This document shows, one piece after another, positions 36,873 through 48,364 of a stretch of 64,000 bases of DNA (position 1 is its first letter; the number at the start of each line of letters is the position of its first letter). The position numbers and the translations under genes were made by a program. The stretch spans positions 160,001 to 224,000 of the forward strand of contig CAWHTE010000007.1 in NCBI GenBank assembly GCA_963832165.1. Direction: 5' to 3'. The notes beneath the pieces are model-generated. The model saw only the letters and a program-made list of their open reading frames with translations. It was not told the DNA's origin and ran no database searches. This DNA is from an uncultured delta proteobacterium (GTDB taxonomy: Bacteria; Myxococcota_A; UBA9160; SMWR01).

Positions 36873-37541
36873 CTAGTTCGAGGGCGCGAGCTTCTGGTCG
36901 AGAGCCGCGAGCACGCGCGGGTACATGTCGCGCTTGAGCACGCCCATCACGGGATCGGCCTTGGCCGCCCACTCCTCCGCCATCGCGAGCGCGGTGGACA
37001 AGAGCTCTTCCTCCGGAACCGCGCGGTCGACGATCTTGCGCTCGAGCGCGCGCTCCGCGGGATAGCGCATGCCCGTGACGATCAGCTCGTGCGCACTCTG
37101 GTGCGGCAGGCGTGCCTGGATGATGGCGGTCATGCCCGGGTGCAGGTAGGCCTTCATGTCGATTTCGGGCATGCAGAAGAAGCCGCGCCCCGTGCGCATG
37201 ACACGCGCGTCGTGTGCGAGCGCGATCTGCGCGCCCGCGCCGAACGCGTGCCCGTTCACCGCAGCGACCGTATAGGCCGGGAACACGAGCACGCGCTTCA
37301 TGATCGCGAGCACGCTCGAGACGTAGCCGTCGATGTCTCCGCACTTGGCCATGTGATCGAGATCGAGGCCGTTCGAGTAGAACTTGCCGCTGCCGATCGT
37401 CACGAGCGCCTTCGGCGCTGCGGCCTTCTCCACCTCGTCGAGCGCGGCATTCCACGCAGCGATCGTGTCGGGTACGAAGCGGTTCTCACCTGCGTCCATG
37501 CGCAGAACGAAGACGTCCCCTTGTCGTTCGAGATCGAGCAT
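36873..37541 (-). CDS. Enoyl-CoA isomerase/hydratase family protein
   Basis: GENRF, KFYSNGLDL, VNGHAFGAG, FCMPEID. Confidence 0.88.
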   Translation of the reverse strand: MLDLERQGDVFVLRMDAGENRFVPDTIAAWNAALDEVEKAAAPKALVTIGSGKFYSNGLDLDHMAKCGDIDGYVSSVLAIMKRVLVFPAYTVAAVNGHAFGAGAQIALAHDARVMRTGRGFFCMPEIDMKAYLHPGMTAIIQARLPHQSAHELIVTGMRYPAERALERKIVDRAVPEEELLSTALAMAEEWAAKADPVMGVLKRDMYPRVLAALDQKLAPSN

Positions 37542-37612
37542 GGCGAGTACGATAGAATGGGGCGCTTCGCGCGCCACCGCGGCGACGACGACCGCCGTCG
37601 CCCGCTCCCACC

Positions 37613-38965
37613 ATGGTCAAGATCCACGTCGAAGAGACCCTCGGCGCCAATCCGGGGGACGCTGCGCTCAACCCGGCCGACCCGGTGGCCATGGGCGTTT
37701 CCGAGATTGCGCCCGGATTCCTCGGGACGACCGGGGGGCGCGCCTTCCGGGCCCTGGCCCACCGCCCCTATCGCCTGCTGTTCGCGGCGTTCATCGTCAA
37801 CCAGACCGGATTCTGGATCTCGCACATGGGGCTCCAGGGCCTGATGGTCGAGCTCGCCCACAATGATCCGATCTGGCTGGGATTCTTGTTCTTCGCGCTG
37901 TTCATTCCAGCGTTCGCGCTCGCGCCGCTCGCGGGCGTCGCGGCCGACCGCTTCGACCGCAAGCGGATCATGCTCACGAGCTACGGCGCGGTCGCCGTGC
38001 TGACCGGGGCGCTCGCGGCGTTCACGGCCGCGGGTTGGATCACCCCGCCGCTCGTGCTCGCGCTCGGGCTCGGTCTGGGGACGAGCTTCGCGTTCGCGGG
38101 ACCCGCGAGCTTCGCGCTCGCGGCCAACGCCGTTCCCGACATCGACATGCCGAGCGCCGTCTCGCTCCAGTCGGCCGCCAACAACCTCACGCGCGTCGTC
38201 GGCCCGGTCGCCGCGGCGCCGTTCGTGGCGAATCACCACTTCGAGTGGGCGTTCGCGTGCTTCATGCTCGCGGCGCTCGTATCGGCGGTGTTGATCGCGA
38301 TGATGCCGGTCGACCACTACGAGGTCGAGCACGAGGAAGGCGGAATCTTTGCGCGGCTCGCCTTGGGATACGAGCACGCGCGCGAGCGGAAACCGGCGCT
38401 GCCGGCGCTCGCGATGGTCGCGATGCTGTCGCTGTTCGGTGTCTCCCACTCGGTGATTCTGCCCGTCTTTGCCGAGCAGATGCTCGGCAGCACGCACTAC
38501 TTCACCTGGATGATCGTCGCGACCGGCGGCGGCGCGATGCTCGGGGCGCTCTCGATCGGCTACCGCGCGCAGGGACCCTCGATGCAGGCCGCCGCGGCGC
38601 TCATGATCGTCTACAGCGCCGCGATGGCATCGTTCGCGTTCATTCACGTGTTGGCGTACGCACTGGTGGCGCAATTCGTGATCGGCTGGACCTACTTCGC
38701 GGTGATGACGAGCCTCCAGACGCTGATCCAGTCGATCGTGGACGAGTCGAAGCGCGGCCGCGTGATGAGCCTGTTCCAGGTCTGCTGGGCGGGGCTGATT
38801 CCGTGGGGCGGCCTCATGATGGGCAAGTCGGCGGCGGACCTCGGTGTGACCGCCACGCTCGGATCGGGGGCGGCGATCTGCGGCGTCTACGCATTCGGGG
38901 TGTGGCTCTGGGCGCGCGGGGCGGTCGCGGCGGACCTGCCGGCATCCGAAGGCCGGCTGTACTAA
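37613..38965 (+). CDS. MFS transporter
   Basis: GVAADRFDRKR (motif A), about 12 hydrophobic segments, RGRVMS. Start uncertain. Confidence 0.88.
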   Translation: MVKIHVEETLGANPGDAALNPADPVAMGVSEIAPGFLGTTGGRAFRALAHRPYRLLFAAFIVNQTGFWISHMGLQGLMVELAHNDPIWLGFLFFALFIPAFALAPLAGVAADRFDRKRIMLTSYGAVAVLTGALAAFTAAGWITPPLVLALGLGLGTSFAFAGPASFALAANAVPDIDMPSAVSLQSAANNLTRVVGPVAAAPFVANHHFEWAFACFMLAALVSAVLIAMMPVDHYEVEHEEGGIFARLALGYEHARERKPALPALAMVAMLSLFGVSHSVILPVFAEQMLGSTHYFTWMIVATGGGAMLGALSIGYRAQGPSMQAAAALMIVYSAAMASFAFIHVLAYALVAQFVIGWTYFAVMTSLQTLIQSIVDESKRGRVMSLFQVCWAGLIPWGGLMMGKSAADLGVTATLGSGAAICGVYAFGVWLWARGAVAADLPASEGRLY

Positions 38966-38979
38966 CCAATGTCCGCGCG

Positions 38980-40635
<1,656 letters not shown>

Positions 40636-42120
40636 TCAGCGCAGCTCGAGCACGCCGCCCGGGCGCACGCGGCCCGTCCGGCCCGCGATCTCCTCGTGCT
40701 GCATCAGGCTCAGCAGATCGGGATCGTCGGTGGTGGCCCAGGTGCGCCGCCCTGCGTCGATCCGGCACGCCGCGAGCAGGTGATCGTCCTCGCCGTCGTC
40801 GCCGCCATCGCGCGCGGGAAGATGGGTGAACGCCTCGACCGTGACCTCACCCGTGTAGTCCTCGTCCCAGGCGACGGTCTCGCACGCCGCGCGCGCGGTG
40901 ACGTCCTCGTAGCGATAGCCCGACGAGGGGGGCTCGCTCGAGTAGACGCCCCAGGAGTGCTTGGCCATGTAGCCGCCGATGCCGCTCGCGAGGCCGATGC
41001 TGCCCGGATCGCCGCGCAGCCGCTGGACGAGCGTCGCGAGCGAGTGCATGACGTAGCTGTTGAACGGCCCGCCGGCGAACGTGAGCCCGCCCGTGACGGT
41101 GAGGTCGCGCTGCGTCGACAGGCCGACCTCGGCCGCCGCGATCTGCACCGCAGAGGGGAAGCAGCTGTAGAGGTCGACGTGCGTCACCTGCTCGGCGGTC
41201 ACGGCCGCGAGCTCGAGCACGCGGCGGCCCGCGGCGCGGATCGCGGCCTGATCGTGGAGCGTGGCGCGTACGCCGAGCGGTGTCGTCTCGAACACGTCGG
41301 TGCACGCGTGAGGGAAGATCCAGCGATCGGTGGGGATCTGGTGGCGGCGCGCCATCTCGACCGAGCACAGGATCAGCGCCGCGCCCAGATCGACCACCAT
41401 GTTCGCAACGAGGAACTTCGTGTACGGGAACGCCACGAGGCGGTTGGTCTCGCTCGGCGTTCCGATCTCGGCCGCAGACATCGGCTTCTGGATCCACGCG
41501 TAGGGATTGTTCGCAGCGACGTGCGAGAACCGCGACCACAGATCCGCGATGCGCGCGCGGTGATCCGCGATCGCCTCTTCGCGTCGATGGCGCAGTGCGT
41601 TCTCGAACAACGCGAACGCCTGGGGAGGGTGGGGCCGGAAGCGCGCTTCCCATTTTCCGAAGCCCGGATCCCGCGCCGAGAAGCCGAAGTCCTCATCGGG
41701 TGCGTCGCCGCGCTGCTCCGTCCACCCGAGTGGAATGCCCGCGGCCTTCGCGCGCCGCTTGCTGCGCTCGGCCTCCGCTCCGACGAGCAGCACGGCGTTG
41801 CGCCGCCCCGCGGCAATCTCGCACGCCGCGTGCGCGAGCATGCGCTGCACGGTGCTGCCACTGATCGGCCCCCAGGCGGTCTGCGCGCCTGCGCAGCCGA
41901 AGCGCTCCCGCAGGAGCGCCGCAGGGTTGGAGTAGCGCCAGAGGCCGTGGGGCACGCGGATCGAGTCGAGCTCGCCGAGCAGCGCGCGGCTGCCCGCATC
42001 GTCGGCCGCGCGCTCGGCGGCCTCGGCCATCAGCGCGAGCGGCTCGAGCGCCTCGCGCGGATCATCGCAGCGCTGCTTGACCTGCCCGCAGCCGACCAGC
42101 ACGGGAGTGCGCGGGTCCAT
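40636..42120 (-). CDS. Thiolase-like (acetyl-CoA acetyltransferase-annotated) protein
   Basis: MDPRTPVLVGCGQ, NRLVAFPYTK, DLYSCFPSAVQ, LTVTGGLTFAGGPFNSY. Confidence 0.85.
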   Translation of the reverse strand: MDPRTPVLVGCGQVKQRCDDPREALEPLALMAEAAERAADDAGSRALLGELDSIRVPHGLWRYSNPAALLRERFGCAGAQTAWGPISGSTVQRMLAHAACEIAAGRRNAVLLVGAEAERSKRRAKAAGIPLGWTEQRGDAPDEDFGFSARDPGFGKWEARFRPHPPQAFALFENALRHRREEAIADHRARIADLWSRFSHVAANNPYAWIQKPMSAAEIGTPSETNRLVAFPYTKFLVANMVVDLGAALILCSVEMARRHQIPTDRWIFPHACTDVFETTPLGVRATLHDQAAIRAAGRRVLELAAVTAEQVTHVDLYSCFPSAVQIAAAEVGLSTQRDLTVTGGLTFAGGPFNSYVMHSLATLVQRLRGDPGSIGLASGIGGYMAKHSWGVYSSEPPSSGYRYEDVTARAACETVAWDEDYTGEVTVEAFTHLPARDGGDDGEDDHLLAACRIDAGRRTWATTDDPDLLSLMQHEEIAGRTGRVRPGGVLELR

Positions 42121-42122
42121 CT

Positions 42123-43577
42123 TCAGTTCCGCGGCATGCGCGCGTCGCGCAGTGCCGATCGCCGGACCTTGCCCGCCTCGTCGCGCAGCGGTGCATCGAC
42201 GTACTCGAAGCTGCGCGGATGCTTTCCGCGCGCGAGGTGCTCTGCGAGGTGTGCGCGGAGGTCCTCGTCGCCGAGCGGCAGCTCGGCCTCCACGATCGCG
42301 TGGACGCGCTGACCGAGGTCGGGATCGGGCAGGCCGATCACCGCGCACGACCGCACGCGTGGATGCGCCTCGAGTGCGGCCTCCACCTCCGCGGGGTACA
42401 CGTTCGATCCGCCCGTCACGATCATGTCGGTGCGTCGGTCGACCAGATAGAGGAAGCCGTCGCCGTCGAGATAGCCGAGATCGCCTAGCGTCTCCCAACC
42501 GTCGGTCGTCGAGCGCGCATCGGCCCCGATGTAGCGATAGGTGGAGCCGCGGCCACCCGGCGGCATCATGAACACGTCTCCGACCTCTCCGGGCGGCAGC
42601 TCGCGACCGCCCTCGTCGAGAATTCGGATCTTGCGCTCGCCGGTCGGCCGGCCGACCGAGCCCGGATGCGCGAGCCACTCGCGGCCCGAGATCAGCGTTC
42701 CACCGATGCGCTCCGTACCGCCGTACGCCTCGAACACGCGGTCGGCGCCGAACCAGCCGATCAGCTCGCGCATGAGCCACGCGGGGCAGGGCGCACCGCT
42801 CGACACCACGCGCTCGAGCGAGGACACGTCGTAGCGCTTGCGCTCCTGCTCCGGCAGGCGCCAGATGCGCAGCAGCATGGTCGGCACGAACGAGACCCAC
42901 TTCACGCGGTAGCGCTCGATCGATGCGAGCGCGTCGGCCGGATCGAAGCGCGCCAGCAGCACGGCAGTGCCGCCGATCAGGATCGTGATGCTCGTGTTGA
43001 GGAAGCCCGCCGCGTGATAGAGGGGACCGGGCACGAGCACGACGTTTCCGGGCTCGTTGCCGTAGAAGGGCTGGGTCGGATCGCATTCGGCCGGCAGCGC
43101 GTCGACGATCAGCTTGGGGCGCCCGGTGCTGCCGCCCGAGGCGAGCGCCTGGCGCGACGGCGACGTGCGATCGGGCAGCGGGTCGTCGCCGTGGTGCTCT
43201 TCGGGGACGAATCCGGCCGCCACGCTCGGCGCGCCCGCGGCCGCGTCCGGCTCGACACCGACGACCAGCGCGGGCTTCGCCTCGACCAGGATCGCGGCGC
43301 GCTCCTTCTCGGGAAGACGCCACGAGACCGGCTGAGGGACCGCGCCGAGCTTCCAGATCGCAAAGCACGCGACGACGAACTCGGGGCCGTTCGGGAGCGC
43401 GATCGTGACGAAGTCGCCCTGCGCGACGCCGCGCTCGGCGTACGCGCGCGCTAGCCGTGTCGAGGCGCGGTCGAGCTCGTGGAACGAGATCGCGTGCTCG
43501 CCGCAAACGAGCGCGGTGCGCTCGGGCGTTCGGGCCGCGTGCAGGCGCAGCGCAGCGGGATAGGACATCGTGGTCAC
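42123..43577 (-). CDS. Acyl-CoA synthetase (AMP-binding; BaiB-like)
   Basis: SGGSTGRPK, PLYH, YGGTE, GDLGYLD, DRRTDMI, GKVRR. Start GTG 43577 or ATG 43568. Confidence 0.9.
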   Translation of the reverse strand: MTTMSYPAALRLHAARTPERTALVCGEHAISFHELDRASTRLARAYAERGVAQGDFVTIALPNGPEFVVACFAIWKLGAVPQPVSWRLPEKERAAILVEAKPALVVGVEPDAAAGAPSVAAGFVPEEHHGDDPLPDRTSPSRQALASGGSTGRPKLIVDALPAECDPTQPFYGNEPGNVVLVPGPLYHAAGFLNTSITILIGGTAVLLARFDPADALASIERYRVKWVSFVPTMLLRIWRLPEQERKRYDVSSLERVVSSGAPCPAWLMRELIGWFGADRVFEAYGGTERIGGTLISGREWLAHPGSVGRPTGERKIRILDEGGRELPPGEVGDVFMMPPGGRGSTYRYIGADARSTTDGWETLGDLGYLDGDGFLYLVDRRTDMIVTGGSNVYPAEVEAALEAHPRVRSCAVIGLPDPDLGQRVHAIVEAELPLGDEDLRAHLAEHLARGKHPRSFEYVDAPLRDEAGKVRRSALRDARMPRN

Positions 43578-43625
43578 GGGCGGCGAGTATGCGAAACTGG
43601 GCGGCGCAGAGCACCCGGGAGCCGC

Positions 43626-44081
43626 ATGGACGCGAGCGAGGCGATCGCACGCGAGCAGATCCGCGACGTGATCAGCCGCTACAACCACGCGGGCGACCGC
43701 GGCGACCTCGATGCGCTCGTGCGCTGCTTCGCCGAGGACGGCGTGCTCGATCTCGAAGACGAAGACGATTTCATCGGGCGCGCCGCGATCCTCTCTCGCC
43801 TCTCGCGCGTGGTCACGGACAGCCGCGAGCGGAGCCGAAGGCCGCTCGTGCGCCACCACGTCTCGAGCGTGAAGATCGAGCTCACAGGCCCGAACGCTGC
43901 CACGGCGGCCTCCTACTTCCTCGTCTTCACCGAAGTGGGGCTCGATCACTGGGGCCGCTATGCGGATCGCCTCAGGCGGTCGGACGGCGAGTGGTTGATC
44001 GCACACCGCAAAGTGCGCGTCGACGGCGCGTCGGCCCATTCAGCGATGGCGGTCGCGCACCGGATCGCCAGCGTCGAGTAG
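43626..44081 (+). CDS. SnoaL-like/NTF2 family protein
   Basis: REQIRDVISRYNHAGD, CFAEDG, RHHVSS, GRYADRL..GEWLIAHR. Confidence 0.85.
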   Translation: MDASEAIAREQIRDVISRYNHAGDRGDLDALVRCFAEDGVLDLEDEDDFIGRAAILSRLSRVVTDSRERSRRPLVRHHVSSVKIELTGPNAATAASYFLVFTEVGLDHWGRYADRLRRSDGEWLIAHRKVRVDGASAHSAMAVAHRIASVE

Positions 44082-44111
44082 AATGCGCGTCGCGCGCACG
44101 AGGAGGAGCCG

Positions 44112-44582
44112 ATGCCCGAGACCAAGATCCGACCCTGGACCCCGAGCGAAGAGCGATTCGGAACCGTCGCCGTGCGCATCATGTCGGTGGTGAACACCGC
44201 CGTGTTTCGGCTGAGCGGCGGAAGACTCGGGAGCCGGTTCATGCGCGGCGCGCCCGTTTGCCTCGTGACGACGACTGGCGCGCGCAGCGGCACGCGCCGG
44301 ACCACGCCGCTGATCTACCTCGCCGACGGTGAGGACGTGGTGATTGTGGCGAGCAAGGGCGGCATGAGCCACCACCCGGCCTGGTACCACAACCTCGCGA
44401 AGCATCCAGAGGCCCAGGTGCAGATCGGCAGCACCGTGCGCGACATGGTCGCGCGCCGCGCAAACGATGCAGAGAAGGCGGCGCTGTGGCCGCGGCTCGT
44501 CGCGATCTATCCCGACTACGACGACTATCAGGCCCGCACCCCGCGCAACATTCCGGTGATGATCCTGTCACCGCAGCGATGA
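44112..44582 (+). CDS. Deazaflavin (F420)-dependent nitroreductase family (Ddn/FDOR-A)
   Basis: TTTGARSGTRRTTPL, VASKGG..HPAWYHNL, YDDYQARTPRNIPV. Confidence 0.92.
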   Translation: MPETKIRPWTPSEERFGTVAVRIMSVVNTAVFRLSGGRLGSRFMRGAPVCLVTTTGARSGTRRTTPLIYLADGEDVVIVASKGGMSHHPAWYHNLAKHPEAQVQIGSTVRDMVARRANDAEKAALWPRLVAIYPDYDDYQARTPRNIPVMILSPQR

Positions 44583-44610
44583 GCCCCGTCCCGTTCACGA
44601 GGAGACCCCC

Positions 44611-45432
44611 ATGTACGAGCAGATCCGCTACGAGGTGAGTGACCCGATTGCGACGATCACGCTGAACCGCCCGCAGGCGCTCAACGCGTGGACCGACCGC
44701 ATGGGGGCCGAGGTGAAGCACGCCGTCGCTGCGGCCGAGGCCGACCCCGGCGCGGTCGCGATCGTGATCACGGGCGAAGGGCGCGGCTTCTGCGCGGGCG
44801 CCGACATGAAGCTCCTGAGCGACATCAGCCAGGGAAGCCGCGGCTCCGGGGCTCCGGCCGAGCTCCTGGCCGACCCGGGCGACCCTGCGGCGGGGGCGGA
44901 CTTCCGCGGCACCTACACCTATCTGATGTCGGTGCGAAAGCCGATCATCGCCGCGATCAACGGCCCGATCGCGGGTATGGCCGTGCCGATCGCGCTCTGC
45001 TGCGACCTGAGATTCGCCTCGGACCGCGCCGTGTTCACGCTCGCGTTCTCGAAGCGCGGACTGATCGCGGAGTGGGGATCGGCGTGGCTCTTGCCCCGAC
45101 TGGTCGGGCCCGCGCACGCGCTCGATCTCCTGTTCTCGTCGCGCGTCGTCTCCGCGGAGGAGGCGTGTCGGATCGGGCTCGTGAACCGCGTCGTTCCGCA
45201 CGACGAGCTCCTGCCGACGGTGCAGAAGTACGTGGCCGAGCTTGCGTCCGCATGCTCGCCCGCCTCTTTGCAGATCATGAAGCGCCAGGTCTATCAGCAG
45301 CTCACGCGCGAGCTCGGGCCGTCGGAGAAGGAGGCGGTCCAGCTGATGGTGGAGAGCTTCGGGCGGCCCGACTTCAAAGAGGGCGTGGTGTCGTTCCTCG
45401 AGAAGCGGCCACCGCGCTTCGGGCGCGTGTAG
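44611..45432 (+). CDS. Enoyl-CoA hydratase family protein
   Basis: LNRPQALNAW, FCAGADM, AFSKRGLIAEWG, EKRPPRF. Confidence 0.9.
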   Translation: MYEQIRYEVSDPIATITLNRPQALNAWTDRMGAEVKHAVAAAEADPGAVAIVITGEGRGFCAGADMKLLSDISQGSRGSGAPAELLADPGDPAAGADFRGTYTYLMSVRKPIIAAINGPIAGMAVPIALCCDLRFASDRAVFTLAFSKRGLIAEWGSAWLLPRLVGPAHALDLLFSSRVVSAEEACRIGLVNRVVPHDELLPTVQKYVAELASACSPASLQIMKRQVYQQLTRELGPSEKEAVQLMVESFGRPDFKEGVVSFLEKRPPRFGRV

Positions 45433-45437
45433 CGCGC

Positions 45438-46040
45438 GTGCACAAGCTGGTGGGATTGCTTTCGGATCGCGGCGACGATCCGAAGCTCGACGTTCCGCAC
45501 CAGTGGCTGCGCGCCGACGCAACGGACGCGATCCTCGCTTCGCTCGCACAGAGACCCGCGCGCGCCGAACGGCACGCCGGCCTCGTGTTGGCCTGGCCGC
45601 GCGATGCGGCGCAGGGCACCGAGGCCGAGGCGACGCTCGGCCCCCACACGTCGGCGCTCTACCGCGTGCGAGAGGTGCTGCATTGGGACGAGCTCGGTCC
45701 CGGCGCCGACGCCGTGGTGCTGACCTATCTCGTGCGGCGCCGCGCGGACCTCTCGTTCGCGGCCTTCGAACAGCACTACCGGGAACGGCATGCGCCACTC
45801 GCGCGCGTCCACCACCCCGGGATCGCGCGCTACGTGCAGAACTACGTCGAGCCGCGCGCCGGCGAGCCGGCCGAGTTCGACGCGATCTCGGAGCTGTGGT
45901 TCCGCAGCGAGGAAGAGGCGCGCACGCGCTTCTACCGGGACGACGACAGCCGCCGCGTGATCACCGAGGACGTGCATCGCTTCATCGACCTGCGCGCAGG
46001 CAGTGCGTTCGCGGTGCGGCCGGGTCTCCCACCCGGTTAG
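45438..46040 (+). CDS. EthD domain-containing protein
   Basis: RRRADLSFAAFEQHYRERHAPLA...RYVQNYV...FDAISELWF...EDVHRFID. Start GTG 45438 inferred. Confidence 0.75.
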   Translation: MHKLVGLLSDRGDDPKLDVPHQWLRADATDAILASLAQRPARAERHAGLVLAWPRDAAQGTEAEATLGPHTSALYRVREVLHWDELGPGADAVVLTYLVRRRADLSFAAFEQHYRERHAPLARVHHPGIARYVQNYVEPRAGEPAEFDAISELWFRSEEEARTRFYRDDDSRRVITEDVHRFIDLRAGSAFAVRPGLPPG

Positions 46041-46049
46041 AATGCCCGC

Positions 46050-46442
46050 GTGTCCCGCACCGCCTCTCGACGCTGGCTCTGGCTCGTCGCGCTCGCGACG
46101 ATGCCCGTGCCGTTCTACCTCGGCGAGGTGGAATGGGCCCCCGTGCTCCGGCTCGCGTTCCTGTGGTCGCTGCTCTCGCTCGTGCTGGTGGCCGAGGGCG
46201 GCCACACGCTGATCAGGATGTGCGCGCTCGGCTTCGTGCAGGCGGCGCTCTACATCGGCCTCTTCTACCTCGGCGCGGCTCTCGCGGCGCGGGCGGTCGA
46301 GCGGATCGCGGAGCCACCGCTGCGCGCGGCCGCGGTCGGCACCGCAGTGTTCCTGCTCGTCGTTTCGGCATGTCTGCCGATCTACCAGACGCCGCTCTCG
46401 AGCACGCGCCTCCACTCCGACCTCTGGCACCTGTTCGAGTGA
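46050..46442 (+). CDS. Small membrane protein of unknown function
   Basis: 130 aa with about 4 hydrophobic segments; stop overlaps the GTG of the DUF3604 gene. Confidence 0.65.
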   Translation: MSRTASRRWLWLVALATMPVPFYLGEVEWAPVLRLAFLWSLLSLVLVAEGGHTLIRMCALGFVQAALYIGLFYLGAALAARAVERIAEPPLRAAAVGTAVFLLVVSACLPIYQTPLSSTRLHSDLWHLFE

Positions 46443-48337
46443 GTCGGCGCGGCATCGTTCTCGGTCTCGCGGCGTTCGTGTTGCTCGCGCCGGCTACCGC
46501 AGCGACGGTCGAGCGCACCGAGCAGCGCGAGCCGTGTGCGGCGCGCGACGCGCTGCGCAGGCCGTACTTCGGCGATCTGCACGTGCACACGCGTTATTCG
46601 CTCGACGCGAGCACCCAGGGCACGCGCACACGGCCGAGCGAGGCCTACGCCTTCGCGCGCGGCGAGCCGCTCGGGCTGCACCCGTTCTCGGATCGCGGCG
46701 AGCCCGGCCGCACGGTGAAGCTCGCGCGCCCGCTCGACTTCGCCGCCGTCACGGATCACGCCGAGCTGTTCGGCGAGGTGAGCGTCTGCAATTCACCCGG
46801 GTCACCCGGCTTCGACTCGACGGTGTGCGTGATCTACCGCGGTTGGCCGCGGCTCGCGTTCTTCTTCATGAACGCGCGCGGCGCGCCGCGCTTCGGCTTC
46901 TGTGGCGAGGGCGGCCGCGACTGCATCGCCGCGGGGCAGGGCCCCTGGCGCGAGATGCAGGAGGCGGCCGAGGCCGCCTACGACCGCAGCTCCGCGTGCC
47001 GCTTCACGACCTTCGTGGGCTACGAGTGGACCAAGAGCGTGCAGTCGGCCAGCAACCTGCACCGCAACGTGATCTTCCGGAACGCCGCGGTGCCCGAGAT
47101 GCCCGCGAGCGCGGTCGATGCGCTGACGCCCGAGGACCTCTGGGACGCGCTCGACCGCGATTGCCGTGCTTCTCGGCCGGACTGCGATGCCGTGGTGATC
47201 CCGCACAACTCCAATCTCTCGGGCGGCTTCATGTTCGCACCCGTCGAGCTGCGCAGCGGCGAGCCGTTCACGCCGGAGTACGCCGCGCGGCGGGCCGACA
47301 ACGAGCGCCTCGTGGAGGTGGTGCAGCACAAGGGCGACTCGGAGTGCCGGATCGGCGCGGGCACGAGCGACGAGCTCTGCACCTCGGAGCTCCTGCCCTA
47401 CGACACGTTCATGGGTCGCTTCCTGCCGCTCGCGCGGAACGAGTCGCCCGCGCCGAGCAATTTCACGCGCACGGCGCTCGGCGCAGGCCTCGTGTACCAG
47501 GAACAGCTCGGCGCCAACCCGTTCCGCTTCGGATTGATCGGCAGCACGGATACCCACCTCGGAGCCGCGGGGCTCGTCGAGGAACGCGGCTATCCCGGCC
47601 ACGGCGGCGCGGGCATTCCGATCGGCGAGCAGCTGCCCGACGCGCTGCTCGATCCGATCGAGTACAACCCGGGCGGGCTCGCGGGCATCTGGGCCGAAGA
47701 GAATTCGCGCGACGCGCTGTTCGAGGCGCTGCGGCGCCGCGAGACGTTCGCGACCTCGGGCCCGCGCATCGTGTTCCGTCTGTTCGCGGGCTGGAACCTC
47801 GAATCGGATCTGTGCGGAGCCGACTTCGCGAAGCGCGCCGACGCAGCCGGAGTGCCGATGGGCGGTGAGCTCGGCGCGGCTCCTTCTCCGAGCGCGGCGC
47901 CCGTCGTCGCCGCGTGGGCGCTCCAGGATCCCGGAACCGCGGAACTGCCCGGCGTTCCGCTGCAGCGCCTCCAGATCATCAAGCTCTGGGTCGAAGACGG
48001 CACCGCGCACGAAGCCGTCATCGACGTGGCGGGTGACGCCGCCAGCCGCGCGAGCGTGGATCCGGAGAGCTGCGAGACGAACGGACCTGGATTCCCGCAG
48101 CTCTGCGCAGTGTGGCGCGACCCCGACTTCGACCCGCGCACTCCCGCGCTCTACTACGCGCGCGCCGTGCAGAACCCCACGTGCCGCTGGAGCGCATTCG
48201 CCTGCAACGCGGCGGGCGTGCGCTGTGAGGACTCGAGCACGATCCGCGTGGGCTTCGAAGCGTGCTGCGACGAGGCCTACCCGAAGACCGTGCAGGAGCG
48301 CGCCTGGACCTCGCCGGTCTGGTACACGCCGAAGTAG
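46439..48337 (+). CDS. DUF3604 family secreted protein (PHP-like metal-binding motifs)
   Basis: Signal peptide; FGDLHVHT, LDFAAVTDHAE, LHRNVIF, IPHNSN, QHKGDSEC, GSTDTH, WAEENSRDALF, QERAWTSPVWY. Confidence 0.88.
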   Translation: MSRRGIVLGLAAFVLLAPATAATVERTEQREPCAARDALRRPYFGDLHVHTRYSLDASTQGTRTRPSEAYAFARGEPLGLHPFSDRGEPGRTVKLARPLDFAAVTDHAELFGEVSVCNSPGSPGFDSTVCVIYRGWPRLAFFFMNARGAPRFGFCGEGGRDCIAAGQGPWREMQEAAEAAYDRSSACRFTTFVGYEWTKSVQSASNLHRNVIFRNAAVPEMPASAVDALTPEDLWDALDRDCRASRPDCDAVVIPHNSNLSGGFMFAPVELRSGEPFTPEYAARRADNERLVEVVQHKGDSECRIGAGTSDELCTSELLPYDTFMGRFLPLARNESPAPSNFTRTALGAGLVYQEQLGANPFRFGLIGSTDTHLGAAGLVEERGYPGHGGAGIPIGEQLPDALLDPIEYNPGGLAGIWAEENSRDALFEALRRRETFATSGPRIVFRLFAGWNLESDLCGADFAKRADAAGVPMGGELGAAPSPSAAPVVAAWALQDPGTAELPGVPLQRLQIIKLWVEDGTAHEAVIDVAGDAASRASVDPESCETNGPGFPQLCAVWRDPDFDPRTPALYYARAVQNPTCRWSAFACNAAGVRCEDSSTIRVGFEACCDEAYPKTVQERAWTSPVWYTPK

Positions 48338-48364
48338 GTTCTCTTTCTCTCGACGGAGGACGCG

